NCBI RefSeq assembly: GCF_006345805.1
Contig: NC_043009.1
Location: forward strand, 37,076,001 to 37,140,000
Source: Octopus sinensis
Lineage: Eukaryota
Length of the DNA stretch: 64,000 nt
Reading direction: 5' to 3'
The notes beneath the pieces were generated by a model. The model was not told the DNA's origin and did not search any database. It worked only from the letters and a program-made list of their open reading frames with translations. The number at the start of each line of letters is the position of its first letter. The first letter of the stretch is position 1. Positions 63,293 to 64,000 of this stretch are shown piece after piece. A program made the translations under genes and the position numbers.

Positions 63293-64000
63293 GTAAGGAA
63301 TCGGCCTGTTAAAAATCTGTAATGACGATGTAATTGATAGTACAATCAAGTATTGAGTAAATAAATAAAAACAAATAACTGTGATAAACATAGAGCATAT
63401 ATATATTCGCGTTTTATTTTACAATAAAAGGAAAAAAAAAATGTTAATTTACGCGAAAATGCTGTATGGTGTAAGGGAGTTAACTCTTGGTATTGTAAGG
63501 TAGATAACTCTTACATTTCAGTGTAGCTTGCTTCCTCGCGCAAGTTAGTATTTCTATGGGCCTTTACCCAAATTATATTATGATGTATCATATAAGCTAC
63601 CCAAAATCTATAAACTAGTTCTTTCGCTAATAGTATTAGATCAATGATAAGCATATAAATAGGACTCATATAAATATGAACTGTATCGACAGAATTCAGA
63701 GTATGAAGTTAAATTGACAAATAAAATTACTTTATGAGGTGTGGACGAGAATCATAACGTTCAGATATCTAAGATCTTTCCAAAGTTTCTCGTTTTCTCT
63801 CTGTCTCTCTCTGTCTCTCCCTCAATCTCTCCACACACATACACCAGAATGCTGTGACACGCTTTTGACTCTTACATTGTTATTTGAAGAGTAACTGAAG
63901 CAAAGACACATCAGCATGTTTTCATTTACTGCGTGTCTCGCTATCTTTTCTAACATTTTGAAAAGTACTCACAGGTACAAACAGCCTCTCCTTATGCTTT

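Overview
This is AT-rich, microsatellite-dense eukaryotic DNA. The SINE families look like those of octopus, which is an inference from recalled repeat families and not a database match. No complete gene and no true tRNA or rRNA gene is visible; nearly all ORFs in the supplied track are translated (CATA)n, (TA)n, (CA)n or triplet repeats. The window is mostly mobile-element debris: three tRNA-headed SINE families (called A, B and C here), remnants of R4/Dong-like, CR1-like and RTE-like LINEs, mariner fragments and MITEs, two copies of a non-autonomous Helitron, a hAT-like MITE, and a 649-bp foldback element with an 8-bp TSD and internal telomeric repeats. The most notable signal is eight minimal type I hammerhead-ribozyme motifs from six unrelated sequence families within the first 20 kb. 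They have short or palindromic stem III, several sit in inverted-repeat contexts as expected for Penelope-like terminal repeats, and they include U4C core variants and one ~100-nt structured stem II. Other notable points are SINE-A multimers with a fixed junction, a SINE-C/CR1 shared 3' tail with a compensatory hairpin, a 549-bp element inserted in (ATT)n, and weak evidence for a + strand gene with very small exons. All structures were folded by eye and none were computed or tested.
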